From a virus: 57,018 nt of DNA. Each line of letters starts with the position of its first letter. Positions within the stretch are counted from its first letter, which is position 1. The stretch is from IMG/VR virus record IMGVR_UViG_3300035703_000114. The stretch is one strand, 5' to 3'. The notes below the pieces were generated by a model. The model worked only from the letters and a program-made list of their open reading frames with translations, made no database searches and was not told the origin of the DNA. This document shows positions 19,305-28,930 of this stretch, in pieces. A program made the position numbers and the translations under genes.

Positions 19305-19925
19305 CTATAGCACCACCCCTGGTCCCATCACGACCAAGGCCCCCGTATTGCTATTCCCCCTCGTCACACGACCAATTGGCTGCTTGTTGGTCGGAGCCGT
19401 AGTGGTAAATCCTCCACCCTCTGCAACATACAACGCTGAATTGACCGCATACCCATTGGTATCCATCATCGTGATCTCACCATTGATCACTACATGTCCA
19501 TCAGCATTGGCCGCAAGAGCCGCATCAAGAATTCCAATCGCAGGCATCTTGGCAAGGTTGGCCGCATCAGCCGCTGCCACAATCACCGTTGCAGTGTCGC
19601 CAACATTTCCTGTGATGTAAACAGGCGTACCCTTAGCAAGGGTTGATGCAGTGCCATTGCGGCAATGAATATAAACAGGGCCAGCAAGGGCACCATGAAT
19701 ATGAGGAAGCGTTGCAATGCCAGTAACAGATAATGTCGTAAATGTTGGATTGTCATATCCCTGCACATACAGCAGCGAATTCCAAGCTGTTGTTCCATTG
19801 CCTAGCTTTAGCTTTCGAGTGTCAGACTCGAATCCGACCTCGCCAGCAAGCAGCACTGGATTGGCCGCCGTCCAAGCTGCAGCAGTACCGTTACGAAGCT
19901 TGAAGCGCGTAATCGTGTCGCTCAT
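19305..19925 (-). CDS. Fibre-like protein with an Mtd-N-type N-terminal domain (206 aa)
   Basis: N-terminus RFKLRNGTAAAWTAANPVLLAGEVGFESDTRKLKLGNGTTAWNSLLY matches the R-x-GT-x-A-x-W...NP-x-L-x-GE...DT...K-x-G-x-G-x-T-x-WN-x-L motif of major-tropism-determinant/fibre N-domains. Confidence 0.7.
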   Translation of the reverse strand: MSDTITRFKLRNGTAAAWTAANPVLLAGEVGFESDTRKLKLGNGTTAWNSLLYVQGYDNPTFTTLSVTGIATLPHIHGALAGPVYIHCRNGTASTLAKGTPVYITGNVGDTATVIVAAADAANLAKMPAIGILDAALAANADGHVVINGEITMMDTNGYAVNSALYVAEGGGFTTTAPTNKQPIGRVTRGNSNTGALVVMGPGVVL

Positions 19926-20344
19926 GGCGTGCCACCGTCAAGTACATTCCCGGCCACATACGTCGTCGCAGGGCCGCCTCCATCAAGAATAACGACACTG
20001 TCTATATCGGCTCCATCTCCATCAAGCACAGCAGCAGACACTGCGGCCAACACTGGCGTCGCGCTGCGCTGCAGCATCAAATCGCAAAATTTTCCGTCAT
20101 CTAGCAATTCAACCGATCGAACCGTGTAAGGCAACCCATCGACGTTCACGCCAGCGCCATATTGCAAATCACCAAACAAGCTCGCAAGACAAGTGACTTT
20201 GTAGTCAGTCGTCAGCACCACGCCATCCGCCACCATTTCGCTTGGCATATCAAGAATTCCAAGCCCACTCGCTGACCCCGCTGAAATCGGCACACCGAAA
20301 TCAGCAAGGAATACGGTTAGGTCTTCCGTGAATGCCATCGTCAT
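19922..20344 (-). CDS. Head-tail joining / neck protein (gpFII-like position)
   Basis: 140-aa ORF, first gene after the terminator that closes the capsid operon. Pattern FLADFGVP...GILDMP...YTVRSVELLDDGKFCDLMLQ resembles head-tail joining proteins. Confidence 0.55.
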   Translation of the reverse strand: MTMAFTEDLTVFLADFGVPISAGSASGLGILDMPSEMVADGVVLTTDYKVTCLASLFGDLQYGAGVNVDGLPYTVRSVELLDDGKFCDLMLQRSATPVLAAVSAAVLDGDGADIDSVVILDGGGPATTYVAGNVLDGGTP

Positions 20345-20392
20345 TAGCAGGCCCGATGCTGAAAGCAGAGCGGGAACAGTGAAATTCTAAGC

Positions 20393-20431
20393 ACAAAAAA
20401 GCCCCAGGTCACCGAAGCAACCCGAGGCCCC
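20393..20431 (-). terminator. Strong rho-independent terminator after the capsid gene block
   Basis: Minus-strand RNA GCCUCGGGUUGC-UUCG-GUGACCUGGGGC (12-bp stem including G-U pairs, UUCG loop) followed by UUUUUU, 14 nt after the stop at 20445. Confidence 0.75.
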
Positions 20432-20444
20432 TCTCCGTCCGCTA

Positions 20445-20855
20445 TCAAGCGTACTTCTTCACGCCAACACCGTTGATGGAATAGGTGTGGGTAGAAGTCG
20501 AAGTAGTCGACACAGCCTTGATCCAGCGCTTAGCGGCGCCCTTGGGGAACACCAGATACTGCTTAGAAGCAGAGGTGCTCACCTGAGTGAATGCCACGGC
20601 AGCAGAAGCAACCTCAGAGCCACCGCGATAAAACGCAGTGGTTACATCGGTGTAGCTACCACCAGAGGTGTCGCTCGACTGGATCTTGACATCCAGAGTC
20701 GAAGTACCACCAGCCTCGACATCAAGGATGATCACGAGGTCGCCCTCGTAATCATTCATGTCAACAGCGGTGCCATCCAGGTTGGAAGTGCGCGCAGCGG
20801 TAGGAGCAAGCGCAAAATGCTGCAGCTTCTCGAGACCGGTAGAAAGAATGGCCAT
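20445..20855 (-). CDS. Putative head decoration / capsid accessory protein (136 aa)
   Basis: Beta-rich Thr/Ser-rich ORF just downstream of the capsid gene and followed by a strong terminator. Function inferred from position only. Confidence 0.45.
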   Translation of the reverse strand: MAILSTGLEKLQHFALAPTAARTSNLDGTAVDMNDYEGDLVIILDVEAGGTSTLDVKIQSSDTSGGSYTDVTTAFYRGGSEVASAAVAFTQVSTSASKQYLVFPKGAAKRWIKAVSTTSTSTHTYSINGVGVKKYA

Positions 20856-20857
20856 GA

Positions 20858-21085
20858 TCAGTCCTCTTTAGGGGCATAGGTGCGGGCCTTGCGCACGGGC
20901 TTAGCCGGCTCAGGCTTGATTTCTTCCGTCACCTCGACAGGTGCGGGCTTCTCCACGGCAACCGCCACGACAGCTTTGCCGCTACCAACCAAAAGGTTCG
21001 CGTCAGCTTCACTCACCTCGATAAAGGAGCCGGCCGAAACCGGCTCCCCCGAGACCATGACTTGACGCAGGATCTCGACCCTCAT
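20858..21085 (-). CDS. Small head-module protein (75 aa)
   Basis: ORF with 2-nt gaps to both neighbours. C-terminus is Pro/Glu/Lys-rich. Confidence 0.6.
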   Translation of the reverse strand: MRVEILRQVMVSGEPVSAGSFIEVSEADANLLVGSGKAVVAVAVEKPAPVEVTEEIKPEPAKPVRKARTYAPKED

Positions 21086-21087
21086 AA

Positions 21088-23994
21088 TCAGGTGCCGTAG
21101 CAGAAGGCGCCAGGCTGCTTAACAGCCACATCCACGTCTTGCAGCGCGATCACGCGAACGGTGCCAGCAGTGGCACCAGCGTAAGGATCAACAGTCAGAT
21201 CCAGACCGCTCCACATGCCCATGATCATCATGGAGAAGTCGCCGAACAGAGCGTCGTTGTTGGTGAGCTGGTTCGACACAACAGCGGGATAGCCGTTGAT
21301 CTCACCGTCCTCAAACACGAAGCCAGCGGCCACGGCAGAAGCAGACTTGGCAGTCGACTTCAGGGCACCGCGAGCAGCAGCGTTAATGATGTAACGCAGG
21401 CTGCCGGCATCAGCGTTAGCAGAGGCCACATCGGTTTCCATACCGATGTACTCCTCGAAGGTGCCGTAGGTGGTGATGGTCTGGCTACCAATACCGGTGG
21501 TGTTCACCAGTCCGAGAGGCTGGTTGCTGGAGCCGGTGCCGTAGATAGCAGCGCGGTCAAGCTCAAGAGCAATTACGCGAGCCAGATCATTACGGATCAT
21601 GCCCTCAACGTCAATTGAGGACTGAAGCAGCAGGCGACGGCTGTAGTCGACATAAGCACCCACAGTCTTGGGGGTCATGTTGACTTGATCGATTGCCTGC
21701 TGGCTTTCGGTCGGGCTGCTGTTTTCACCCACCCAGTAGGCAGTAGCAGCAGAAGTCTGACGGGGGATGCTGATGTTGCCCTGCAGGCCGGTCAGCATGG
21801 TCACGCCAGCCTGGGCCAGTGCCAGACGGTTGCGCAGCAGGTCGATGAACGAACCAGCCAGCAGCTCATCAGCAACAAGGTTGCCACCAGCAGTGGGGGT
21901 GCCCACCACCAGATCGCGACGCAGCACTTCGTTAGGAATCACGATGCCGTTGCTGGCACGCTCATACTTCTGAGCAGCAGCCTTGCCGACTTCGATTTCA
22001 AACTCAGCAGCGCGACGAGCCGAAGCATCACTGGGGTTAGCCAGATAGTTCAGCGCACGAGCAAAGCTGAAAGAACGAGTCTCCTTATCGGAGAGGCCAA
22101 CATCATTCGAGGTGATGTCAGCAGAGCGGATGGGTTGTTCCACGGGTTGAGAGCCGAGTTTTTCAAGGACGGCGGCGCGGGCCTCATCGAGGGTGCGACC
22201 ACCTTCGATCAGCTCACGAGCCAGGTCTTGCATCTGGTGCTTATCGCCCAGTGCGCTGATGGCGGCGATACGGGTACGCTCGGCCTCTGCGGCCTTGGAC
22301 CGGATCACCTCCAGATCTGGAGTGTTTTCCATTTCAGGTTCAGGTGTTGGTGATGCGGCGGGGGCCGCTTGAATCACGGTCTCATCATTTAGAGACCTGC
22401 CAATTCCAATCGTAGGATCAGCAGGTATAGAGACCACGCTGACTTCATATGGCGACCATCTGGTAGCCACGAAGTCACCGCCTCGTTCTTCCATCTTGTC
22501 GATGGAATAACCGAAGCTGATGCCGCGCAAAATATTATCGCGGACATCAGCAAGAATTTCCTGGGCAAACTTGTTCCGCGAGAAGCGCACCTTGGCGTAA
22601 CCACGCTTCTTCTCGCCATCTACCCAAGCGCGCTCTACAACGCCAACAACACGATCGGGATCGTGATTGAACAGCAATGGCGCCCCGTCATTCAAGCGGC
22701 CAAGATCAGCCGCATCCATTTCGTGGCTCAGCACTTCGTTACCGAAGTAGCGCATCACCGGATACTCAGAGCTGAACGGAAATTCAAAGCTCCGATCATC
22801 AACAGCACGGAACTGAACGCTCTCAGTCCGTTGATACTTGCCTTCCAGCGAGCGATCACCAATCGGCTGGATCTTGGTCAACGTGCTAAAGCGATGGCCG
22901 ACCATCGTCTCAGTCGCCTCGCCATCGCGATAAATGCGAATCAGAGCAGCCGGATCCTCTTCAGTGGCATCAATACTGAACTCGGTGCCAGGGACACCAA
23001 GCGTACCCTCGCGCATCACATGCTCAATACGACCGCGTGCGCGACCGCCCGAGCTGTCCCAAGAAACAAAATCGCCCTCCTTCAAGGCATCAGGAGCAGC
23101 ACGTTCTGCCTTCACAGCATCACCCTCAATTTGCTCTACTTTAGAGCGTTCACCTGTTGCTTCTTCAAATTCAAGCGGGTCATACTCACGCTCGCTCAGC
23201 CAAGCACGAGCTTCAGCAGCAGTGAATTCACTCAGCTTGAAGCGAATTGCTTGCAACTCAGCGCCAGACTCGCCTTCTTTGATCCCGAAGATAAAGTCCA
23301 CACCTTTGCCGCCTGCATCATTACGCCGGCGGAAGCGGTCATACTGCCCTGGATCGCGTAGCCGAGCTGCATGCTCATTTGGATAAGGGCGACCCTCCTC
23401 CATCTCAGGCTGCTCTGACATCAGCCGCTCAGGAATAATCCAGAACTTGCAAACGCCTTCAGGAGCAATATCACCGCTCACGATTTCGCAAGCGCGCGGT
23501 CCGGCATAAAACGCGCAATTCGCGCACACCATCCCATCCTGAGCGAACGGGCTTTCAGCCATGTAATGCGAACCATGCGGCCCTGCATCCTGACCAAACT
23601 GCCCAAGCTCCTCAGCAATTTCTTCAAATGCCTCATACAACTGCACCTGTGGCGCAGTTAAATCAGGCGTCAACTCACGGTCAGAGTCCATACGAGCCAC
23701 AAGTGCATCACTCCATGTTTTACCTGGGTCACCTCCCCAGGCTGCCCATGCCACCCTCCCTGGCGATGGATACCCTTCCTCCCCGGAGCTGAATCCCTGG
23801 CCCTGCTTATCCACCTCATGACGAGCAAACCATGCGCTCATCGTGCGGATAGTTTCATCACTTAGCTCTTCACCACTCAAAATCTGACCTGCACGCCGAG
23901 CAGCAACTTCAGTGCCACCCTTCCGGCCTTCCTCTTTCCAAGCGCGGTAACGTCGCGCCTCCTCCTTCATCCCATCAGTCGGTGTCGCGCCCAT
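21088..23994 (-). CDS. Prohead protease - scaffold(delta) - HK97-fold major capsid polyprotein with a long N-terminal extension (968 aa)
   Basis: Residues ~400-560 (FEFPFSSEYPVMRYFGNEVLSH...LLFNHD...GISFGYS) look like an HK97-family prohead protease. Residues ~575-650 form a helical delta-like region. The C-terminal ~300 aa look like an HK97-type capsid protein. The N-terminal ~400 aa carry extra modules, including a Cys4 motif (CANCAFYAGPRACEIVSGDIAPEGVCKFW). Confidence 0.85.
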   Translation of the reverse strand: MGATPTDGMKEEARRYRAWKEEGRKGGTEVAARRAGQILSGEELSDETIRTMSAWFARHEVDKQGQGFSSGEEGYPSPGRVAWAAWGGDPGKTWSDALVARMDSDRELTPDLTAPQVQLYEAFEEIAEELGQFGQDAGPHGSHYMAESPFAQDGMVCANCAFYAGPRACEIVSGDIAPEGVCKFWIIPERLMSEQPEMEEGRPYPNEHAARLRDPGQYDRFRRRNDAGGKGVDFIFGIKEGESGAELQAIRFKLSEFTAAEARAWLSEREYDPLEFEEATGERSKVEQIEGDAVKAERAAPDALKEGDFVSWDSSGGRARGRIEHVMREGTLGVPGTEFSIDATEEDPAALIRIYRDGEATETMVGHRFSTLTKIQPIGDRSLEGKYQRTESVQFRAVDDRSFEFPFSSEYPVMRYFGNEVLSHEMDAADLGRLNDGAPLLFNHDPDRVVGVVERAWVDGEKKRGYAKVRFSRNKFAQEILADVRDNILRGISFGYSIDKMEERGGDFVATRWSPYEVSVVSIPADPTIGIGRSLNDETVIQAAPAASPTPEPEMENTPDLEVIRSKAAEAERTRIAAISALGDKHQMQDLARELIEGGRTLDEARAAVLEKLGSQPVEQPIRSADITSNDVGLSDKETRSFSFARALNYLANPSDASARRAAEFEIEVGKAAAQKYERASNGIVIPNEVLRRDLVVGTPTAGGNLVADELLAGSFIDLLRNRLALAQAGVTMLTGLQGNISIPRQTSAATAYWVGENSSPTESQQAIDQVNMTPKTVGAYVDYSRRLLLQSSIDVEGMIRNDLARVIALELDRAAIYGTGSSNQPLGLVNTTGIGSQTITTYGTFEEYIGMETDVASANADAGSLRYIINAAARGALKSTAKSASAVAAGFVFEDGEINGYPAVVSNQLTNNDALFGDFSMMIMGMWSGLDLTVDPYAGATAGTVRVIALQDVDVAVKQPGAFCYGT

Positions 23995-25532
23995 TACTTC
24001 TTCCTCCGGCTACGGGTTGGTGCAGGCGGCTCTTCCGCCGGCATCGGCTCATCAGCAGCAAGCACTGGCTGCTCAATAATGTCGCGATCAAGTTCAACAC
24101 CCAAACGCTCAGCCGCCTGCTGTTCCCTCGCAAGTTCAGCCAGGTTTTCATCGAAATCGCCGCCAAGCTTCGCCACAATCTGCGCCTTGGTCATGTAACC
24201 CGCCTGCTCCATTTCGCGGTAAGCCTTCACTTCCTTCAGCGGATCAACCCAATCCCACCCGCGTGCCATCCAACGCGGTGTGTCATAACGCTCAGGGCGC
24301 GTCTCAAAATCATCGAATGGCAGCTCACCAGACAACACCGCAAGCGACAGCCACTCACGGAATACCCGCATGTGAAAGTGCTCAATCAAATACGACTGCA
24401 CCACCTTCCAGTGCTCGCGATCCTCAAGCAGTGACAACCTGCTGCTCGAATAATTCGTATCACTGAAGTCACGGCTCAATGTCTCATACGAACAACCGAA
24501 GCCGCTAGCAAACCTGCGCACTTTATTGCGCACAAACATTTCATACTGCTGATCCGGCGAGTCAATATTCGGCACCGTGACGTTTTCGCCCGGCATCAAA
24601 TACTTGAACATGCCAGGCTCAAACTCACTTATGCGACGTTCGTTTTCAATATCGTCAGCAGTAAGTTCACCCTCTTGGTTGGTAATAAAGCCCATCACAC
24701 TGGCGCCAGCGCGCGCTCTAATCACCGCTGCTTCTTCATATCCCTGAAGCTGATGAGCATCCGTCATCACAGGGTGGAACCACGGCACGCCACGATGTTG
24801 TTGCGGCCTCTCGGGGATAAACAAATGGATCACATCTTCCGCAGGCAGGAAGACATGCTTTTCATTTCGCTGCGGGGCATTCTGGAACCAGTAGTCACCT
24901 GGATGGCGCGTGAGGAAGGCGTACCGCACAGGGCGGCCCCATTCATTAACCTCCACGCCCATCCGCCATTCGTTCCCATTGGCGAGGGTTGGGCCTTGAT
25001 ACTCCTCATCCAGGTAATCAGCCTCAAGCATCTGGAGCGCCAATGGCACCCTGCTACCACCGAACGACCGACGCACAATCCTGAACAGAGCCTCCCCTGA
25101 CTCAGGCAGGGCGCCAACAGTCAACCACTCCATTACGTGGAAGCTATGGCGCCCCGCAACATCACAATGCTGCGCACGGCACCATGATGCCCACTTCTGC
25201 TCAATCAGCGCGTTGGTCCGCTCATCACGGCGATTACCACGCAGCGCTGCAACCTGCGATTGAATCTTGATGCCAGCGCCGACAACATTGATCTGCGTCG
25301 TCCGCTTTGCCTGCTTGGCGTACGGATTGTTCCGCACCATCTCGCGGCTGCGATCACGCAGCTTGCGCAGACTGGTGCGAATCTCAGCATCAGCACTAGC
25401 CTGCGTCGCCATCCAGTCACTGGTTAAGCGACTGATAATCGCGCCTGCATAATTACGGCGCCTCACGGGCGGCATCGCCTTCGGTACGGGCTGAAGACCG
25501 AAACGTTGCAAAATCGCAGTACGGATGCCCAT
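23994..25532 (-). CDS. Portal protein (lambda gpB family)
   Basis: 512-aa ORF between the gpW-like and protease-capsid genes. Sequence features (RNNPYAKQA..., ...EFEPGMFKYLMPGE...) fit lambda-type portals from memory. Confidence 0.85.
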   Translation of the reverse strand: MGIRTAILQRFGLQPVPKAMPPVRRRNYAGAIISRLTSDWMATQASADAEIRTSLRKLRDRSREMVRNNPYAKQAKRTTQINVVGAGIKIQSQVAALRGNRRDERTNALIEQKWASWCRAQHCDVAGRHSFHVMEWLTVGALPESGEALFRIVRRSFGGSRVPLALQMLEADYLDEEYQGPTLANGNEWRMGVEVNEWGRPVRYAFLTRHPGDYWFQNAPQRNEKHVFLPAEDVIHLFIPERPQQHRGVPWFHPVMTDAHQLQGYEEAAVIRARAGASVMGFITNQEGELTADDIENERRISEFEPGMFKYLMPGENVTVPNIDSPDQQYEMFVRNKVRRFASGFGCSYETLSRDFSDTNYSSSRLSLLEDREHWKVVQSYLIEHFHMRVFREWLSLAVLSGELPFDDFETRPERYDTPRWMARGWDWVDPLKEVKAYREMEQAGYMTKAQIVAKLGGDFDENLAELAREQQAAERLGVELDRDIIEQPVLAADEPMPAEEPPAPTRSRRKK

Positions 25533-26119
25533 CAGCCTTGGTTGAAGCGGACGTAAAGGTTGTTCGGATCGCCCAGACCTGATGCGATCAACTTCGCTTT
25601 ATTCTCGCGTGCCACTACCGCTTTCAACCTTGACTCCAACGCCAGCAGCTCAGTCAGGTCATACCGCTTAAGCGACCGATTGCCGATCCGATACTCCTGC
25701 GTCGCGCCACCAGTCATTAGTGACCGGATAGCAGCCTGAACAGCATCCAAATCTTTCTGCGACTGGGTGCGACCATCAAACGCACCAGGCACCCCCGCAT
25801 ATGCAAGCGATGCCTGAACCTCGATCTGACCTCTGCTGTACTCAGTGACGGCACCACCACTGATTGCAGTTAGCAATGCTTGGAAATACCAGTTCGGGCT
25901 CGCGTCCATTGCTGCACTAGTCGCAGCAGGCAAGGTCACCTTCCATCCGCTCTCATACGCAACACCAGTCGCGCTAGCCCCCTCGCCGGCCGTATTCAAC
26001 CGGAAATAATACGTTAAATTATGAGTAGCATTGGTAACATCATTGCCAAAAATATCCGTAGTCGCGGCATCGATCCACACCACGTCCACGCCTGCAGTAA
26101 TGGACGAAGGGATCCCCAT
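25532..26119 (-). CDS. Head-tail joining protein with a C-terminal gpW-like domain (195 aa)
   Basis: C-terminus LDAVQAAIRSLMTGGATQEYRIGNRSLKRYDLTELLALESRLK parallels lambda gpW ([40 protein letters not shown]). Lies between TerL and the portal, as in lambda. An extra ~115-aa N-terminal domain is present. Confidence 0.7.
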   Translation of the reverse strand: MGIPSSITAGVDVVWIDAATTDIFGNDVTNATHNLTYYFRLNTAGEGASATGVAYESGWKVTLPAATSAAMDASPNWYFQALLTAISGGAVTEYSRGQIEVQASLAYAGVPGAFDGRTQSQKDLDAVQAAIRSLMTGGATQEYRIGNRSLKRYDLTELLALESRLKAVVARENKAKLIASGLGDPNNLYVRFNQG

Positions 26120-26162
26120 CAGATGCCTATCTCCCTGTTCTTCGTCACTTTAGCGCCGATCC

Positions 26163-28016
26163 TTACCACTGTTTAACAAAACTCCGCTTTGGTGCCGTCC
26201 GCGCAGCAGCACGCTTCGGCTTGTCCTCATCCTTTCGCTCAAGCTGATCCCATATCGTTCTTCTGTCCATCTTCTGGTACAGACGATGCAATGCCGCATA
26301 CGCATAGTTCATCTCGTCCAGTGCTTCGTTGGGGGACTGGCTCTTCTTTACCCACACCCGCTCGGGATATCCGTTCCTAAAACGCAAGATCTGCTTCTCC
26401 GCTGTCAACTCCTCGAAGTAGTCGGCACCGATCGTCGGGAAGAAATGCAAATATCCCGGCCCAGGTTCGTTGTGCTTCAACCGTCCGAACAACAGCGACT
26501 TGACCGTATCAACGCCAACCGGGAACAACTGTGCGCCTTTTTTTAGCGCTCGACCCTTGTAGTCCACATCCACCTTCGACGCCTTGCCCAGCGGTGGCTT
26601 ACCCTTCTGCGACATACCCTTGATCGCAATCACACCCATTGCCGCGCGCTCACGGCTGTATTGATAAACCTCCTGGGTGTGGTGACCACCAGAATCGATC
26701 GCGCAGCACAACACCTTCATCTCTTCGCCAGCCTCATTCACATAAGGCTTCTGCAGAATCTCATCGAGCTGTTTCCACACCTCTGGCCTAGACGGGCTGC
26801 CATAAATCTTCACGCGATCAATCAGCCACCCCTCCTCCTCGCGGCCCCAACCCCACACGCTCAGGCTGAGTCGGTCGTCCTGAACGTCGCAGCCGATCGT
26901 CAGCGCCAGCGCACCCACAGGCGGCACATATTGCTCATACTCCTCATCAGCAGCGCGTTCCAGCAACGAATCAGTACCAATCTTCGACGCATACTCGTCC
27001 TCCCACGTCTCGCCCAACACCGTATTAACGAACGTCTTCAACTGCTCTGCATCGTTCTTCGCGTCCAAAAACTCCTCCACTAAATTCGGCCACGTCGCAT
27101 TCGGGCTGTAGCTATACGCCGCCCAAATATGAAACCCAACGTGCTTTCCATTTCCTGGTGCAGTCGGCCGCCACTCACCGCGCTCCACCATCCAGCGCTT
27201 CTTTGAATGCGGAATCCATACTCCACATTTCTCGCAACAATACGAAGCAGTCTCAGGATCGCCGTCACGCCACTTAATATTTGGCCATTTCAAGTACTGC
27301 ATATGTCCACAATCGGGGCACGGCACGAAATAGCGGCGCTGATCCGTCTGCAGGAACATGCGCTCCACGCGACTGAAGTCCTTAACTGTCGGCGTGCTAC
27401 CAGCAACAATCGTCCGATTCCAGTAGTACTCCGTCCTTCGGATGCCCAGCTTGATCTGGTCGCCCTCAGCGCCCGCTGACAACGGATAGCCATCCACCTC
27501 ATCAAACAGCACCACCCTCCGACTCACGCGGCGGAAGCCACGCGGGCTGTTGGCCCCAACCATGCTCAGCGTTCCGCCCGGAAACTGCTTCTGCAAAATC
27601 GTGTTCGCACCATCCTTCGCCTTCGACTCGCTCACCAAGCCACGCAAGCAAGGCGTATCACGCAGCATCGGCGCAATCTCCTCCTTCGAGTAACCCTGCG
27701 CGTCCTCGATCGTTGGCTGCACCAGCATGATCGGGCACGGATCCTGGTGAATATGGAAAGCAATCGTGTGGTTCAAAATCTTTGAGTACCCCACACGGGC
27801 ACTTTTCATCACAGTGACCTGCTCAACCTTCGGATCCGTTATTGCATCCATAATTCCTTTTTGATACGGCAAAGTGTGCCATCTGCCGCCTTCTGCGCTG
27901 CTTTCCGCGCTTAAAAACGCATAGCGATCCGCCCACTCGCTCAAAGTGAGCTTCTCAGGTGGCTTAAACGCCTTCCAAGCCGCATTTTCGAGCTTAAGTA
28001 AATTATTCATCAACAC
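26163..28016 (-). CDS. terL: Terminase large subunit, GpA family
   Basis: VTVMKSARVGYSK (Walker A-like), VVLFDEVD (Walker B), zinc ribbon CPDCGHMQ...CCEKCG and C-terminal CAIDSGGHHT nuclease motif, all characteristic of lambda gpA-type terminases. Confidence 0.92.
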   Translation of the reverse strand: MLMNNLLKLENAAWKAFKPPEKLTLSEWADRYAFLSAESSAEGGRWHTLPYQKGIMDAITDPKVEQVTVMKSARVGYSKILNHTIAFHIHQDPCPIMLVQPTIEDAQGYSKEEIAPMLRDTPCLRGLVSESKAKDGANTILQKQFPGGTLSMVGANSPRGFRRVSRRVVLFDEVDGYPLSAGAEGDQIKLGIRRTEYYWNRTIVAGSTPTVKDFSRVERMFLQTDQRRYFVPCPDCGHMQYLKWPNIKWRDGDPETASYCCEKCGVWIPHSKKRWMVERGEWRPTAPGNGKHVGFHIWAAYSYSPNATWPNLVEEFLDAKNDAEQLKTFVNTVLGETWEDEYASKIGTDSLLERAADEEYEQYVPPVGALALTIGCDVQDDRLSLSVWGWGREEEGWLIDRVKIYGSPSRPEVWKQLDEILQKPYVNEAGEEMKVLCCAIDSGGHHTQEVYQYSRERAAMGVIAIKGMSQKGKPPLGKASKVDVDYKGRALKKGAQLFPVGVDTVKSLLFGRLKHNEPGPGYLHFFPTIGADYFEELTAEKQILRFRNGYPERVWVKKSQSPNEALDEMNYAYAALHRLYQKMDRRTIWDQLERKDEDKPKRAAARTAPKRSFVKQW

Positions 28017-28527
28017 TCCCCGCTAGATCTTCCAGGGTTTCGCGCACAATATCCTCAAGCATCGTCACTGCATCAGTATCAAGATCCGGGATTCTTTGCT
28101 TCGCCTTGGTCGGAATGCCCATAATTTTCGTCCGCGCCAGCGTCACAATCTCGACCCACTTCAGCTCAACCTCCTCTGCCTTGACCAGCAATCCCTCCTT
28201 CTGTTGCCTTTCCAGCTCCAGCAGCTCTGCTTTCAGGTGCTCCGTCCTTGCTCTGCTCTCGTCATAGTCAGGAATCGATTCTTGCGTTTTTGTCATCCTC
28301 GGTCTCGGTGGCGGAAACGCCTTCTCACCAGCAGGCGGCTTCGGTCCCCGCCCAATCCTGCGCTGTGTGTTTTTCGCCCAGTGCTCGCGCATCGTTTCGC
28401 TGTTCACCAGCTCACGTCCGTCTGCTGTACGTACAACTGGCAGACGCCCTTGCTTCACAGCCGCATACACCGCCTCCGGTGTCACTCCCATCGCGCGCGC
28501 TGCTTCGGCCCTGGTGATCAATGGCAT
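28003..28527 (-). CDS. terS: Terminase small subunit (HTH N-terminus)
   Basis: Taken from the internal ATG at 28527: MPLITRAEAARAMGVTPEAVYAAVKQGRLPV (winged-HTH type) followed by a coiled coil. 14-nt overlap with terL. The ORF-track 5' extension to 28641 runs through repeat-rich noncoding-looking DNA. Confidence 0.75.
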   Translation of the reverse strand: MPLITRAEAARAMGVTPEAVYAAVKQGRLPVVRTADGRELVNSETMREHWAKNTQRRIGRGPKPPAGEKAFPPPRPRMTKTQESIPDYDESRARTEHLKAELLELERQQKEGLLVKAEEVELKWVEIVTLARTKIMGIPTKAKQRIPDLDTDAVTMLEDIVRETLEDLAGSVDE

Positions 28528-28533
28528 AAGCGA

Positions 28534-28563
28534 ATAGTACACACAAAGTTCAACTAGTGTAAA
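28534..28563 (-). promoter_or_regulatory. Possible promoter for the packaging/structural operon (TTTACA-18-TACTAT)
   Basis: Hexamers read on the minus strand. The -10 ends 6 nt before the terS ATG, which would give a nearly leaderless mRNA. Confidence 0.3.
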
Positions 28564-28574
28564 ACAAAATCTTG

Positions 28575-28583
28575 TGGTATAAT
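28575..28583 (+). promoter_or_regulatory. Perfect extended -10 element TGgTATAAT on the plus strand, inside a minus-strand region
   Basis: Sequence cttgTGgTATAATtcc. No plus-strand ORF follows, so it would drive a noncoding transcript across the putative packaging-site region. Confidence 0.35.
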
Positions 28584-28847
28584 TCCCGGCTTTTTTGGCC
28601 GCAGTCGGGGTAGGGGGAGTATTGCGCGCAATATCAAACAAACTTTTGGGCGCAATGCCTAGCCGAATAGAGCGATTCGAATAACCTCGCGGGTCCTGAG
28701 GCCGGGAGGGACCCAGGTTTGTGTCAAGATATCAACCGCAAATAGGATTGCAGGCTATTCTTTATAGTTTGCAGATCCTGGCAATTAATATCTTAAATAA
28801 ATCAGGGGCAGCGAACCCGCCGCCCCTGATGCAATCCGCCCGCCCTC

Positions 28848-28862
28848 GCTGATGCAAACCCG
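28848..28862. repeat. Left copy of the 15-bp inverted repeat GCTGATGCAAACCCG bordering the GC-rich cassette
   Basis: Exact reverse complement of 32472..32486. A degenerate direct copy (ctgatgcaatccgcc) lies at 28826..28840. Confidence 0.9.
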
Positions 28863-28930
28863 CGCGCAGTCTCGCCCGCTCAGCACAAGCAACCCCCGCC
28901 CAAGTAATGGGCGAGGGTGACAGCGCGCAG

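Noticed and set aside
28003-28641. Full-length 212-aa version of the terS ORF
   Set aside because: The first 38 codons run through palindromes, an extended -10 and homopolymer tracts, and they code an implausible N-terminus (…RFCFTLVELCVYYSL). The internal ATG at 28527 begins the HTH domain.
28640-28725. tRNA-like string (gattcgaat resembles a T-loop) upstream of terS
   Set aside because: I could not fold a 7-bp acceptor stem, D-arm or anticodon arm around it, and the GTTCGAATC consensus is not matched.
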